In this document: positions 1 to 12,796 of the stretch, piece after piece
How the letters are laid out: each line of letters opens with the position of its first letter
Numbering within the stretch: position 1 is the stretch's first letter
From: Botryllus schlosseri
Taxonomy: Eukaryota
Reading direction: 5' to 3'
DNA: 64,000 bases
NCBI GenBank assembly: GCA_051294905.1
Contig: CM119371.1
Location: 29,762,001-29,826,000, forward strand
Notes under the pieces: generated by a model
The model's database searches: none
The model's input: the letters and a program-made list of their open reading frames with translations, nothing else
What the model was told of the DNA's origin: nothing
Translations under genes and position numbers: made by a program

Positions 1-365
1 CGCTTATAATGCACCCCCTTATCTTCACATGCGTACAGGTCCTGCCAGAGAGTTCGCGAATATTGGCGGACAAGTGACTTAGCTTCTCCGGTGGTCACGT
101 CAGGGACCTGGCGATTGGAGCCAGACAAAGCCGCAGATGTTGCTTCGCGGCCGGCGATCTTGTTGCCATGGATACCTTTGTGACTGGGAATCTTCCAGTT
201 ACCCGCTCAAACAAGGGGAAAAACTTGTTGAAGATATCTGTCGGCGAAGTGAGAGGGTTGGACATCGTGTTCAACACACTAAGCGAGTCTGAAAGAATCA
301 CATATTTGTCTTCTTCGCATCCATCATCGGCAACCCAGGACAATGCCTGAAGAATCGCATTGATA
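1..365 (-). mobile_element. Decayed RNase H fragment of an I-group non-LTR retrotransposon
   Basis: Minus strand reads AILQALSWV...KYVILSDSLSVL and, after a frameshift, WKIPSHKGIHGNKIAGREA, matching the 'SDSxS' and 'W(V/I)PSHxGIxGNExAD' motifs of non-LTR RNase H. Confidence 0.8.
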
Positions 366-2092
366 GATCAAAGATGATATTAAATCAAAGTATTCAAAAT
401 AATATTGAAAAGAGCGGCCATAATTAATGTCTGTAGATCGTTTAATTTGATTGCGTAAAAACTCCGATTTCAGTATTTTGTCAAAAATAATCATGTGCAA
501 TGGTAGCACGTAGTATATGGATATTTTAACGATTTTGATGTATAATGCCTTCTATTACCAAACTAGAGCTAAGCTTCAAACGTTCCTTACCAGCATAAGC
601 TAAATTAGAAACCAATGCCTCCTTCCGCGAGACTTTCAAACTTGCATTTCTTCACGGGACGAACAATTGTTTCTCTATCAGTCGCAGGTGTTCGCCAATA
701 AAATAATTCAATAGAGTATTGTTGGGCTGCCATAAAATGCGTTTCTCTAGTGTGATATTCGCCGAAAATGTGTCCTAATTGAGTATACTCGTACTGGCTA
801 CTTCGACATTATAAGCCAGTTCGATTTCAATCCTTGTTACTTCGATCCAGAGTCAACGCACATCTCTGCCACATTGGCTGATCGGACTCACCATTGTGCG
901 AGCATTGCGGCGAATTAGAAACGGTCGAACACTACTTTATGACCTGCTCACATCTGACTGAGATAAGAAGAAAGCTATGACGCATCTCTCATACAATGAG
1001 CGTCCGTTTCCAGCTATATAACCCTTCAACGGACAACAACACTGTAGCCGACCTACTGGAATTTATACGGGAATCAAATTGTCACATGTAACAACTCGCT
1101 CATCTTGTGTGTTTATGAAATTTCTTGGAATCGTATTGTTCAAAATATCTCAATCGCAGTTGTTCAAAAGCCTCTGACGCGAAAAGCAGCACTAAATGTT
1201 TTATACATATTAATAACATAGTCAACACAAATTGTCCCTACAATTTTGACTAGTCTGCGCACATTCACCAACTTACTGCGCAGACCCTTGGACAACAATG
1301 CGTACCTACTAAAAAGGGTCACCACTTCGGATTTTTTGTGCGCATTTGCGCACGTGTGCAGCTTAGAGGGAACATTGGTCAACACACACTTTGGTGGCAA
1401 GAAAGTTTCAACGCTCTAAGGTATTTGGATGTTGCTGAATCCAAAAATGACATTAGATTTTCCGAGTTGGCTCTTATTTGAGATATTCCATAATTTATAT
1501 TGGTGTCATGTGACAACTAAAGTGAGTACTCGACAATGTACATGTGGTTACCAGTAGAAATAAACTGCAGCTTATCAGAATGATGCTTCTACTGCTACAC
1601 TCCCATCACCTCGTATACTGTGTGATGCTGTACAGTTTGTAGAAAGCTGAGGAAATCACTCATAACGGTATAGATAACAGTACAGCAACATGCTGTATAG
1701 AGGCTGCAGCTAAATAACTTGTGCTGTCCAAAATGGAGTGTTTTCAATGTTTTGTTTCTGAAGTAACGGGGTGCTGCAATAGCAAATAGACATAGTGGAG
1801 CATCTGGTCCAGAATAAGTTATGCATTGGCTTAAGAGACATTTCCAATATGCATGTTACTGATACTTCGTTTCACATTTGGCAGTTACTAAAGTTAACGA
1901 TTTTTCTTTTTTGTTTTAAAATATAAAATATCAATATATATATAAAAATAGAGTCAATTCAAAGAAACGAATGTCATTTTTGGTCTCAGCAGCCCCAAAA
2001 TACCCAGAAACCATTAAAATATATTTTTGCCACTTAAAAAAACAACACAATTTTGTCGGCCATTGTAATAACAATAATAACTTCTATTTAAA

Positions 2093-2200
2093 CAGTAGCG
2101 GCTCGTGACAATATCCGGTGGTGGGGCAAGGGGTGTACCCGATTTTAATTGTCTATAAGACGTCACAATATTGTATTCCGACATGAAAATGTGACTTCGT
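2093..2200. mobile_element. Left end of a hAT non-autonomous element (same family as 6528-8419)
   Basis: cagtagcggctcgtgacaatatccggtggtggggcaaggg matches the left terminus at 6528. Confidence 0.7.
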
Positions 2201-2619
2201 GGTGGTCACACACAGTTTGTATGGGGTATAGACACGAGGCATGGTTAAAAAGGCTTACGTATTTCAAATTATTCGAAATAAAATATGAAGAACAGCAGTT
2301 CATACACTCTAAATTCGAATGCGTGCAGCGGAACGCAAATTTACATGCCAAATCCGTTTTTTTTTTAACTACCACACAACGTCCTGGAGCCGATGTGTGC
2401 CTGGCTATCCTGTGTTTCGTGGTGGCGTGTTCATGCTGACTCGTGCAGAGCTCGAAATTAATACCAGCCATCCATGAACTTAGGCTCAAAAAATATTATA
2501 TTGCAACGAAAGATGAATACAGAACATTCATTTGCAAACGAAAATGTGTGAATTTCTAGCTTGCACAATTGAAAAATTTAAGATTTTTCAAACACAAATA
2601 AGAATTACAGCTTCAAAGT

Positions 2620-4720
2620 TATCATAAATCAGATTCTAATTAGAGCAAAGAAACATTTCACAAATTGGGGTAGGATTACAATCATAGCTACACAGTTGTT
2701 TTCACAAATTAGATTCTAATTAGAGCAAAAAAACATTTCACAAATTGGGGTGGAATTGGAATAATAGCAACACAGTTGTTATCACAAATTCGATTCTTAT
2801 TAGCGCAAAAAACATTTCCCAAATTGGAGTAGAATTATAATCATAGCGACACAGTTGTTATCACAAATTAGATTCCAATTAGAGCAAAACACATTTCAAA
2901 AATTGGAGCAGAATTAGAATTATGGTAACGCAGTTGTTTGCACAAATGAGATTCTGATTAGAGCAAAAAAAACATTTCCCAAATTGGAGTAGAATTATAA
3001 TCATAGCGACACAGTTGTTATCACAAATTAGATTCCAATTAGAGCAAAACACATTTCAAAAATTGAAGCAGAATTAGAATTATGGTAACACAGTTGTTTT
3101 CACAAATTAGATTCTGATTAGAGCGAAAAAACATTTCCCAAATTGGAGTAGAATTAGAATTATAGCGACACAGTTGTTATCACAAATTATATTCTAATTA
3201 GAGCAAAAAAAATTTCAAAAATTGGAGCAGAATTAGAATTATGGTAACAAAGTTGTTTTCACAAATTAGATTCTGATTAGAGCAAAAAAACATTTCCCAA
3301 ATTGGAATAGAATTAGAATTATAGCAATACAGTTGTTATCACAAATTACATTCTAATTAGAGCAAAAAACATTTCAAAAATTGGAGCAGAATTAGAATTA
3401 TGGTAACACAGTTGTTTTCACAAATTAGATTCTGATTAGAGCAAAAAAACATTTCCCAAATTGGAGTAGAATTAGAATTATAGCGACACAGTTGTTATCA
3501 CAAATTACATTCTAATTAGAGCAAAAAACATTTCAAAAATTGGAGCAGAATTAGAATTATGGTAACACAGTTGTTTTCACAAATTAGATTCTGATTAGAG
3601 CAAAAAAACATTTCCCAAATTGGAGTAGAATTATAATCATAGCGACACAGTTGTTATCACAAATTAGATTCCAATTAGAGCAAAACACATTTCAAAAATT
3701 GAAGCAGAATTAGAATTATGGTAACACAGTTGTTTTCACAAATTAGATTCTGATTAGAGCGAAAAAACATTTCCCAAATTGGAGTAGAATTAGAATTATA
3801 GCGACACAGTTGTTATCACAAATTATATTCTAATTAGAGCAAAAAAAATTTCAAAAATTGGAGCAGAATTAGAATTATGGTAACACAGTTGTTTTCACAA
3901 ATTAGATTCTGATTAGAGCAAAAAAACATTTCCCAAATTGGAATAGAATTAGAATTATAGCAATACAGTTGTTATCACAAATTACATTCTAATTAGAGCA
4001 AAAAAAATTTCAAAAATTGGAGCAGAATTAGAATTATGGTAACACAGTTGTTTTCACAAATTAGATTCTGATTAGAGCAAAAAAACATTTCCCAAATTGG
4101 AGTAGAATTAGAATTATAGCGACACAGTTGTTAACACAAATTTTAGATTCGAATCAGAGCTAAGAACACATTTCAAAAATTGGAACAGAAGTAGAATAAT
4201 TACCTCAGTATATTTTCTGAATTAGACTAGAATCCGAATTATAGGTAGTTTTTATTTCAAATTTGAGTAGAATTAGAAATATAGCTATAGTTGTTTTCTA
4301 AATTAAATTCGATTGAGAGCAAAGAAACACTTCACAAATTAGAGTAGCATCAGAATTTATTGCTACACAGCTTTTTTCAAATTAAAGTAGAATTAGAATT
4401 TTAGCTCGTTTTTTTCGAAATTAGAGTGGTATCAGAATTATAGTAACGTTCAGTTTTTTGTTTCAAATTATAGAGTCGAATTAGAACTATAGCTACACTG
4501 TTTTTCCAGATTAGAGTACGGTTAGAACTATAGGTTCAGTTGTTTTCACAAATTAGATTCGAATGAGCGAGACGAAGCACTTCACAAGTTAAAGTAGATT
4601 TTTATAATTATAACTAGTTTATTTGTTTCAAAATTAGAGGATAATCAGAATTTTAGCGACACATTTTTTTCACTCTAATTAGACAACTAGACTAGTACTA
4701 GAATTGTATGGTTGTCCAAG
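2620..4720. repeat. Tandem satellite of ~79-80 bp monomers arranged as a 159-bp dimer, degenerating at both edges
   Basis: caaatt anchors at 3421, 3501 and 3580. Alternating variants: catttcccaaattggagtag...tagcgacacagttgttat and catttcaaaaattggagcag...tggtaacacagttgtttt. Confidence 0.95.
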
Positions 4721-4789
4721 TCAGCAAACGAAATCAAAATCATTCCTGGGATTTCTGAAATCTGCTCATAAAACAGAGAAGCTTGTTTG

Positions 4790-5051
4790 ATTGAAACCCA
4801 AATTTTTGTCTCCAATCAGGACATACTGTAAATTGACAGTATTTGGAAAACTTTTGGATATGCGAGGTTCCAAACATAACAACACGCGAGAAGATCCAGC
4901 ACCATCTCAAATGGTTCCGCTTTATTGTGAGACGATCCCTTTATGCGGATGCCATTCACCACGATCCATGACTGCAAGTCACCATTTTCATGGTGCACTA
5001 GTACGAGTTGCCGGGACTCAGCTTTGTGGCCGTTAATTCGACTGAATGGGC
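4790..5051 (-). pseudogene. Decayed exon resembling the C-terminal region of SAMD3-like proteins
   Basis: Acceptor tttttcaattccag at 5052. Peptide ...MVLDLLACCYVWNLAYPKVFQIL, then LQYVLIGDK after a frameshift, resembles the 'YYVFNLxYP...FLQ' motif of that family. Recognised by eye. Confidence 0.45.
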
Positions 5052-5473
5052 CTGGAATTGAAAAAAACATATTAAGTAAAATTATATTGACAATGATCCA
5101 TGTGTGAATTGACAGCACAAGATTTAGATTAGGTAGAAATGCTTTTATGGGACTTCTGCACAATGAATATGTAATAAAGATAGAGCTGAATGGGTCAATA
5201 TACTTCTGTGTCAATATGGTTTAACAAGCTTAACTCATGGGAACAAGTGATAGCAAATTCTGTCGTCACGATATGCTGTCTAAACGTTGACACGTATGGA
5301 TTTTTCCACATAATCAGATATCTTCTGCAAATCAGTACTTGATCATATGAAGTTCTGACTAATGTCGAGGATAAACCATAAACTAGTAAGTTTACTAACC
5401 TTTATTGATCCAATCAGATTTGATCAGTATACCATCATACAGGTTCCTTTTGGAACGACACAAGAATTATGTA

Positions 5474-8400
5474 GGGGAGAGTGGGTAGGTATGAGCCACC
5501 AAATCTTACAAAGCTATAACTTGGCCAAACTTGGTCTAATATTCCTAAATTTCGGTATGTACGATTATTAGTTATATGGCTAACTATCACTGGCAGAATT
5601 AAGCTAAAATACCCATGTATTTGGGAGTGACATCAAATTTTGTAACAATACATCATTTTTGTAAATAAAAAATAGGCTACGAGGTATGGGCCAGGGGGTG
5701 GTGAGGTATGGGCCGCTTTCTGTATTGAATTAATAAATGCCATTCATATCCTACAAACCTCAACTCTTGTCACAGTTACCAAAAGTTTGCATATACTGAT
5801 ATAAAGCTGGGCTAGAAGTGGACAATTCATATATTTCAATTCCCGTATAGATCGTAAGCCATAACGCATAACGAAACAAGATAACTGAAAATATGTAACA
5901 TGAAAATCACTGTCAAATCATGCTTCTTTCGCCTCAACTACCCCATCAAATCCAAATGTCACAGCTCTATCTCTTATTTAAGTGGGAGTGACAAACCGTG
6001 ATACATATTTGAGCATATGATGACATACTGTGCTAACAAACTTTTCTCTTCTTCATTAAAGACATTAACAGAAAACGATTTTGAAATCTTTTTCATGTGA
6101 GACTCATCCCCTGTTTTTCCATATACCTGTTTAATGTAGCTCTACCAATTTTGTACTGACGGCATGCTTCTCTTTTTGATACCTCCCATGCTTTAACGTT
6201 TCATATTGCCAAGCTCAGATCTGATTCTGAAAACTGGCCTTTTTATGGGTTTCATGATTTACTTTCAAGTGATTGTATATGGGAGGGATAAGACCAACAC
6301 CTTCTGTCTTCTGGAGATAAATATATTTAATAGGATCAATCAAATATTGATTTCAGGTATATGTTATGCTGTCCCATACCCCAGCCTATTGAGGTATGGG
6401 CCGGCCCATACCCCAATCGGCTAAAAGGCCCATACCTCAAACACTCCATTTTGGGGATTCTTACCATAATTTCAAGATCCGAGAGATTGACAAAGCATTG
6501 AAACTATACTCTATAGATAGCACATTTCAGTGGCGGCTCGTGACAATATCGGGTGGTGGGGCAAGGGCTGCAAGCGACTTTTTATCAAGATGACGTCACA
6601 ATGGCGTTTTCCAACGTAAACAAGTAACTTAATGATGGTACGGTAACATGAATTTCCCGGCAACAGTGATTTTAACGTATGTGCCACGAGAGGTCCGCTG
6701 GTGAGCTGTGACTTGAAGTGTGGTAACTGCGTAAACGGCGTACGGAACAAAGATTCAACACGGTTCATGTTCGCATTAGATCTGACTAATTATCTGCAGA
6801 AATGGAAATGACTGTAACTCGAGAGATAGCGTAAGCCTAATTGGAAAGGTCAACGAATTCGGACAGATACGCAATTGTTATCTCATAGATTGGGCCTGTC
6901 CTATTGAATCCAAAACATCATTGTAAAGGACTAAGAATAGCAGCCTCGGAAATTTGGTCTCGGTACAGCATAAGAGATTTTGGCCTTGAAACTGGAGACT
7001 GTAACACGACACATACGTTTTTATTACTGTCTTATAGGTCTGCTGCGAAATAGCCTTTGAAAAATATATTACCGAATAAATACGTGGATGAAAGCCCTAA
7101 ACTTGGTACACTGTTACATGACATTATCGAGAAGTGGCCTCATGGCCCTTTTCGGTATGGTACACTGTCAAAATTAATGCGAACAGACCAACACCGAATT
7201 TTGCGTAAAATTTACTGAGGAATAGGCTGATCAAGTGACGGGGGGGTTGTACGCCAATGGCTTGAAGGCCACAATTTCACGGTGAAATTGACATTGGAGA
7301 ATATACGATCAAAGTAAATATTTGAATGCAAACTGAGAATGATATCATCATCTCACTTAACGTTACCGCAGATACACCGGCTTTTGCGTGAAATCCGCAA
7401 TGTGTTGTAGGCTAAAGTGTCAGATCGGAGCACATCTTTACCATACTCGACCTTGATAACGAAATTATTGCCCTAATCATTGAGTGTCAACCTTGAGACT
7501 TGGCACAGCGTTCGATACTAAAATCAAGACATACCGTGCAAAAGCTTATGACGGATCTAGGTAAGGAGCATCGTTAAAATCAATAGAGACCAATACCGGC
7601 TTTGCGTATAATCTGTTAGCGATAAATGACGAGTCAGCTCTCACTCGAATTACGAAACGAAATTACCACTAACACAGTTCAGTGACAAACTTAAAACTTG
7701 GTACAGCGTTCGATACTAACATTAAGACTTACCGTGCCAAATGTCATAACCGATCTCAGTATTGAACACCGTCAAAACCAATGGATACCAATACCGGCTT
7801 TTGAGTAAAATCTGTTCGCGATACATGACGGATCAGCACACACTCAACTTCGGAAATGGAAATACTACCCTAAACTTTAAGTAGAAACCCTGAAACTTGG
7901 GGCAGTGTTAAATACCACCATCACGACATGACATAACAAGTTTCAAGAGTTTTCATGGTGTGAAACCCCATTAAAATCGACCTATACCAGCAAAGGTCGA
8001 CTAAACGCATATGACGGTAACAGAGTTCAGCTATAGATACGATTGTTACATCACACCTTAAGGGCACAGAGCTATCGTGCCCCGGTTGCTCGGTAATTTT
8101 ATGAATAGGAGAGAGTAAATCACCGTTTCTTTATTGTGCGCGGTTTTGAGAGAATAGACAGTGAAAGCTTGTTATGAGCGCTACCGGGGCAAGCCCCGGC
8201 TAGGCATTCGCAAAGCGAAAACACAGAAGAGAATTCGATTTTCGCATAGACTTCGCTATATATGGGCATTTACAAGCGGAAGGACAAGAAGTATACGATT
8301 TTCGCTGTGATTTCGGTTTATATAGATAGGTGTGCGTCAATAAATGGTAAAGAATTGTTATTGAACAGAATTTTAGGTGGGGCAATGCCCCAGTTGCCCT

Positions 8401-8707
8401 ATAGGACGAGCCTCCACTGGCACATTTCTATAGCTTTCACACCATAAATAAGTCTAATCCAAACATGCACATATGTGGACTCAAACCCAAATTCCCTATT
8501 TTAAAATAAATTTACTTTAGACCGCAAAAATTATATATCTCCAGCTGAGTCAAAAACTCCGCTGGCCTCATGGCTGTAAGTAACATGGGTGAGTCTGGTG
8601 CCTTTTTCTAACAATCACGCAGCTTGACAAGCTTATGTGATGTCACAGTCACCAGATATGGCAGTGGCCCACACCTCAACAGTGGCCCATACCTACCCAC
8701 TCTCCCC
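5474..8707. mobile_element. Non-autonomous Tc1/mariner (pogo-like) DNA transposon
   Basis: Terminal inverted repeats (TIRs) ggggagagtgggtaggtatg / catacctacccactctcccc, flanked by TA at 5472-5473 and 8708-8709; subterminal ggcccatacc repeats. Confidence 0.85.
6528..8419. mobile_element. Non-autonomous hAT element nested in the mariner-type element
   Basis: TIRs cagtggcggctcgt / acgagcctccactg; perfect 8-bp TSD gcacattt at 6520-6527 and 8420-8427; degenerate internal tandem units at ~7350-8000. Confidence 0.9.
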
Positions 8708-10772
8708 TAATCATCATGGACTCAAAAGTCAGGTCAACCAAAAATTACATTAGCAGCAGAAAACATTTTCCAGGGTATGGGACGAATGGGAAAACGAATT
8801 TACACCAGATCATTCTAATTCAGACTTAGCCTTATGAAAAAGATGATGTAATTCAAAAATATTTAATAATCAGTTTTTGTTTCGAGGCCTTTTTTCAGTT
8901 CGAGTGTGTTTATTGAACCGTCATAACGTAAACAATCAAAACATAGGCCTCGCATACCATATTTTCAGCACATAAAAACAATTGTGTCGCATTTTTGCAG
9001 CACACGTCAGAACTCAACAGACCCCGAACTAGAACACATGTTTATGGCGCAACTCGGAAATTAACTCAACATGCGCCGATGTTAGGTCACGAAATTTTCA
9101 GACAACTAGCGGTACTTTTGTGATGGTCTGTTAAGTGCGAACTTGTGCCAGATCCTGGCATGCAAAACAATCCAGATGTTACGGATAACGCCGAACAATG
9201 TTTGCCGAAAATCAGGTCAAGAGTAAAAATCGGTACAAATCTGACAAATCAGGACATTATGGTACACCTACGTTCGTTGTTCACAAAGTACCAGGTTAAG
9301 GAAGCAGTAAATCTTACAACTCACCTCATAAAGCCTAATCGCCCTCAAATCATGTTGTGCCCCTATTCTCTTTTCAGTTACTGCATTTTGTAACTCCGTC
9401 AGGAGTATAAACTCATCGGCTTCTTCTCCCTACAAATAAATATAATCATAATAGCCATGCACAAGATTTGGTTTCGGGAAATTCCAGTTATTGCATTCCG
9501 GTTGATATGAAGGCAAGAGTTGTGCCACAACAATCTTTAAGATATAGGCTACAATATAAGATTGCAACAAAAATAAACATGACTATCACAACCAATATTC
9601 AGTCTAGAATAGTTAACCATTACTAACCTCTGCATCTGTCTCTACTCTAAATATTTTGTCATGAGTACCGGTAGTAAGCATTTCGCAATACTTATTATGC
9701 ATCGCTTCGACACTCCTCGGAATGAGCATTTGAAACTCCGGTCTGATCTATTGCAAAGGCAAAGTGTTACCATGGAAGCGGTCAGTAGTGAGCTGAGCAT
9801 GCATACACACTTCTATAGGTTATATAGAGGGAACTTGATATGAATACAATAAGATTAATTTCACTGGATAATAATAATATTGTCATGAAAAAAATGTCAT
9901 GTAATTGGATAAACATGTGAGTGAACTGCAAAACAAGATGTACCGTACACAACTTAGTCAAGAATTGTAGTTGTATCACTAGGTATAAACCCACATTGCG
10001 TCAACTTAGAGGATTAACTGACATTCTGAAACTCAGTATTGATGCTACTGCAATTTGATCTAAAAGGTAATCTACTCATGTTTCTCATACTGCTGCTTGC
10101 TGTAAAAACCCTCTTGACAACATAATCATAACATATCACATGCTGATATCCTTAAACGAATTACCTTCATTTAAATCAATGTGTTCTCTCTTAATGCCGT
10201 TCGCAATCAAGAACTTCACCATTCCTTCCGCTGTGATGAGATTCGCGACACGTTCATCAACATCCGTAAAGTCACTGTACTGCGACTTATTGCTCTATTT
10301 ACTTATGCGGCGCATTGACTTTTCAAACTGACTGAGTTCCCGCCGTTACCGCGAGAAGTGAAGCGTAAATGAAAGAGAGAGAGGGAGAAAAGATAGAGGT
10401 GTTTTTTGTTTATTCATTCAACAGTCAAATGCATAATGCACTGACAATAGCCATGCAGGTTACACTAAAGATTAATAACCAACGTGTTTCAGAATTACAT
10501 GGTATTGACAATGATTGATTGATTGATTGATTTCTTGATTGCTATACTGCTGATTTTCTACGGCAATGAATCAATAATAGGGAAACGCGGAATGGAAGTC
10601 ATAGTCAAGTCAGGCAATCATGTGGTTGTAAGGATCAATTTCTTCTGTCATTTTGGTGGGAAAGTAAAATGACAAGAGAAACGCACACAAAACCTAGTAA
10701 ATGTAAGAAAGTCATACACTGACATAAAGTAGCGACAGTGATGAAACAACAGTCCACGTCATGGCTCCTGTG

Positions 10773-10958
10773 CAATGTTCCCTCAAAGCTGCACACGTGC
10801 GCAATTGCGCAGTGCTGACTGCTGAGACGGTCTCTGCACACATAAAATCTGAGTTGCGCACAACAAATCCGAAGAGATGACCTTTTTTAGTGGTTACGCA
10901 CTGTTGTTCAAGGGACCGCGCAGTGGTCGCAGATTCATCAAAAATTAGAGGGAACATT
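10773..10958. mobile_element. Short miniature inverted-repeat element (MITE) with caatgttccctc termini
   Basis: caatgttccctcaaagctgc ... aattagagggaacatt; the same termini recur at ~1360-1378, ~30385 and ~31850-31869. Confidence 0.65.
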
Positions 10959-10962
10959 ACTC

Positions 10963-11272
10963 CTACAAGATTGCGTAATGGTGAAGCGTCCGGATTCTTG
11001 ATCGGTAGATCGTGGGTTCGATCTCCAGCCGGGGTATCTGCGACTTCCCTGCTTGGCGCTCATAAATTACTGGGATAGCATGGAGGGGTGTTGCGTGACT
11101 TAGAAAGCCGTACAACGCTATATCTGTATACCGTCCTTGTCCAGCGGCATATTCACACCATGCACTCATGGTATGCATAAGCACAGATCGTGTGTAGGCC
11201 TATGTCTATCATGAGTCGGCGTAAATGCCGCAAAACCATCAAGGACAAAAATAAACTACGTCTTTCCTTTTC
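10963..11272 (+). mobile_element. tRNA-derived SINE with a Nin-like central domain
   Basis: A-box-like tgcgtaatgg and B-box ggttcgatctcc, followed by ggtatctgcgacttccctgcttggcgctca; two more copies at ~43011-43351 and ~50075-50380. Confidence 0.85.
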
Positions 11273-12796
11273 TGAGCGATAAGTAGACGGTGCTCAAAAC
11301 GCGCATTACTCACACTAATAGTCGGTAATACCGTTCAACATCTATTACAGAAATGCTGCATCATTGGAGCGGCTATATCTTGCAGCTTACATACTCCCCT
11401 ACAAATAACCCAGCGGGAGCAAACTGGCCCAAGGGTCATTGGTTAGTCATCAATGACGTCATGATCGGCAAACGAGTGTTGGTTGTATATACCCTGCGTT
11501 AAATGATCTGGTAATTCACCAGTGACATTATGATAAGTTCCCGATAGCAGCATTTCCAGCGTTAACCTCACAATCCCTCTCAATCTTACTGATCTCACAA
11601 CTCGTGCGGCGAGTTACCGGGCTATTAAAATGTATACATAAACTCTTTCATATTGACCAAAGCCGGTGACAGAGGATAATATGTGAGCAGAAGCACATAT
11701 TTCGTAACTTTCGCTGATGAAGTGTGGACTTGCACACATTATGACACCACTGCGGTGAAAGATTACGGTCGACTTTATGTGTTTGTCGCATATTGCATCT
11801 GTGAATGCACAAATTTGTGTCTAAATCGACGCTTTCAATTTAGAGTGTACCTGCATATTTTAACGTTTGTATCAGTAGGCCTATTGCACGCGGCGTGATT
11901 TCATAGTTGCAAAATGTTCAATGAGCAGTTCATTGAAATCTGGAATACCCAGAATGAGAGCGTTGAGAATAGTGAGCCCACCTAACGCATTGAGCCTATA
12001 ATTACCGCAACAAAGTTGATAGAGAGCGATTTTTCAACTACATGAATTTTAAAAGTTCACTAGTGGTTATTAATTGGGACAAGGATGTACTGGAATATAA
12101 ACAAGTCAACTCGAGCCGAGCAACGTCGACCACCGGGTAATATCGAGACACCGTTTGCGCTTTCCTCCCGTGTACGATTAGATCAATGGACATGGACAAT
12201 TTTCAGGGTGATAATTTCAGGGTGATAAGAGCCGAGTCTTGCGAAAAATATATTATTGAATAGCATATGCATATTGAAATGAACCCAAATATTTTCGGCT
12301 GACACTCGTCATGGGTAATCGTCAGCAACTATTAGAGAATTGGAAAGAACATTGTATATCAACAATCGTATCACAAAATATGACGTCACCAGCATGAAAG
12401 AGAGAGCTTTCAATGTACTATTTTAAGGTGGTACACGAACTCCATTTGTTGACAGAATATGACATAAGTGTCATCTATATGACGCCGGTACAATAGTGGT
12501 TTGACGGACTCATGCTGGGAGAGAAGCTCGTCCTTATTATATCCTACGAAAATGTTGGCCAAAATAGGTTGCAATGGGTAGTCGCCTGGGACCTACTTTG
12601 GCCAACATTTTCGTAGGATATTATGAGTGCGAGCTTCTCTCTCAGCGCTAGTCCGTCAAACCACTATTGTACCGCCGTTATGTAGATGACACTTTTGTCA
12701 TATTCAGGAATGAGTCGGAGTGTGATCAATTTCTCATTCGCTTAAACTCGCTTCACCCGGCTATGCAATTCACAATTGAAAAAGGTCGCAATAACT

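Noticed and set aside
2620..4720. CRISPR array
   Set aside because: Contiguous monomers without unique spacers, in a eukaryotic context.
10965..11035. tRNA gene
   Set aside because: It has A and B boxes but no complete cloverleaf, and it continues into a repeated body found three times, so it is a SINE head.
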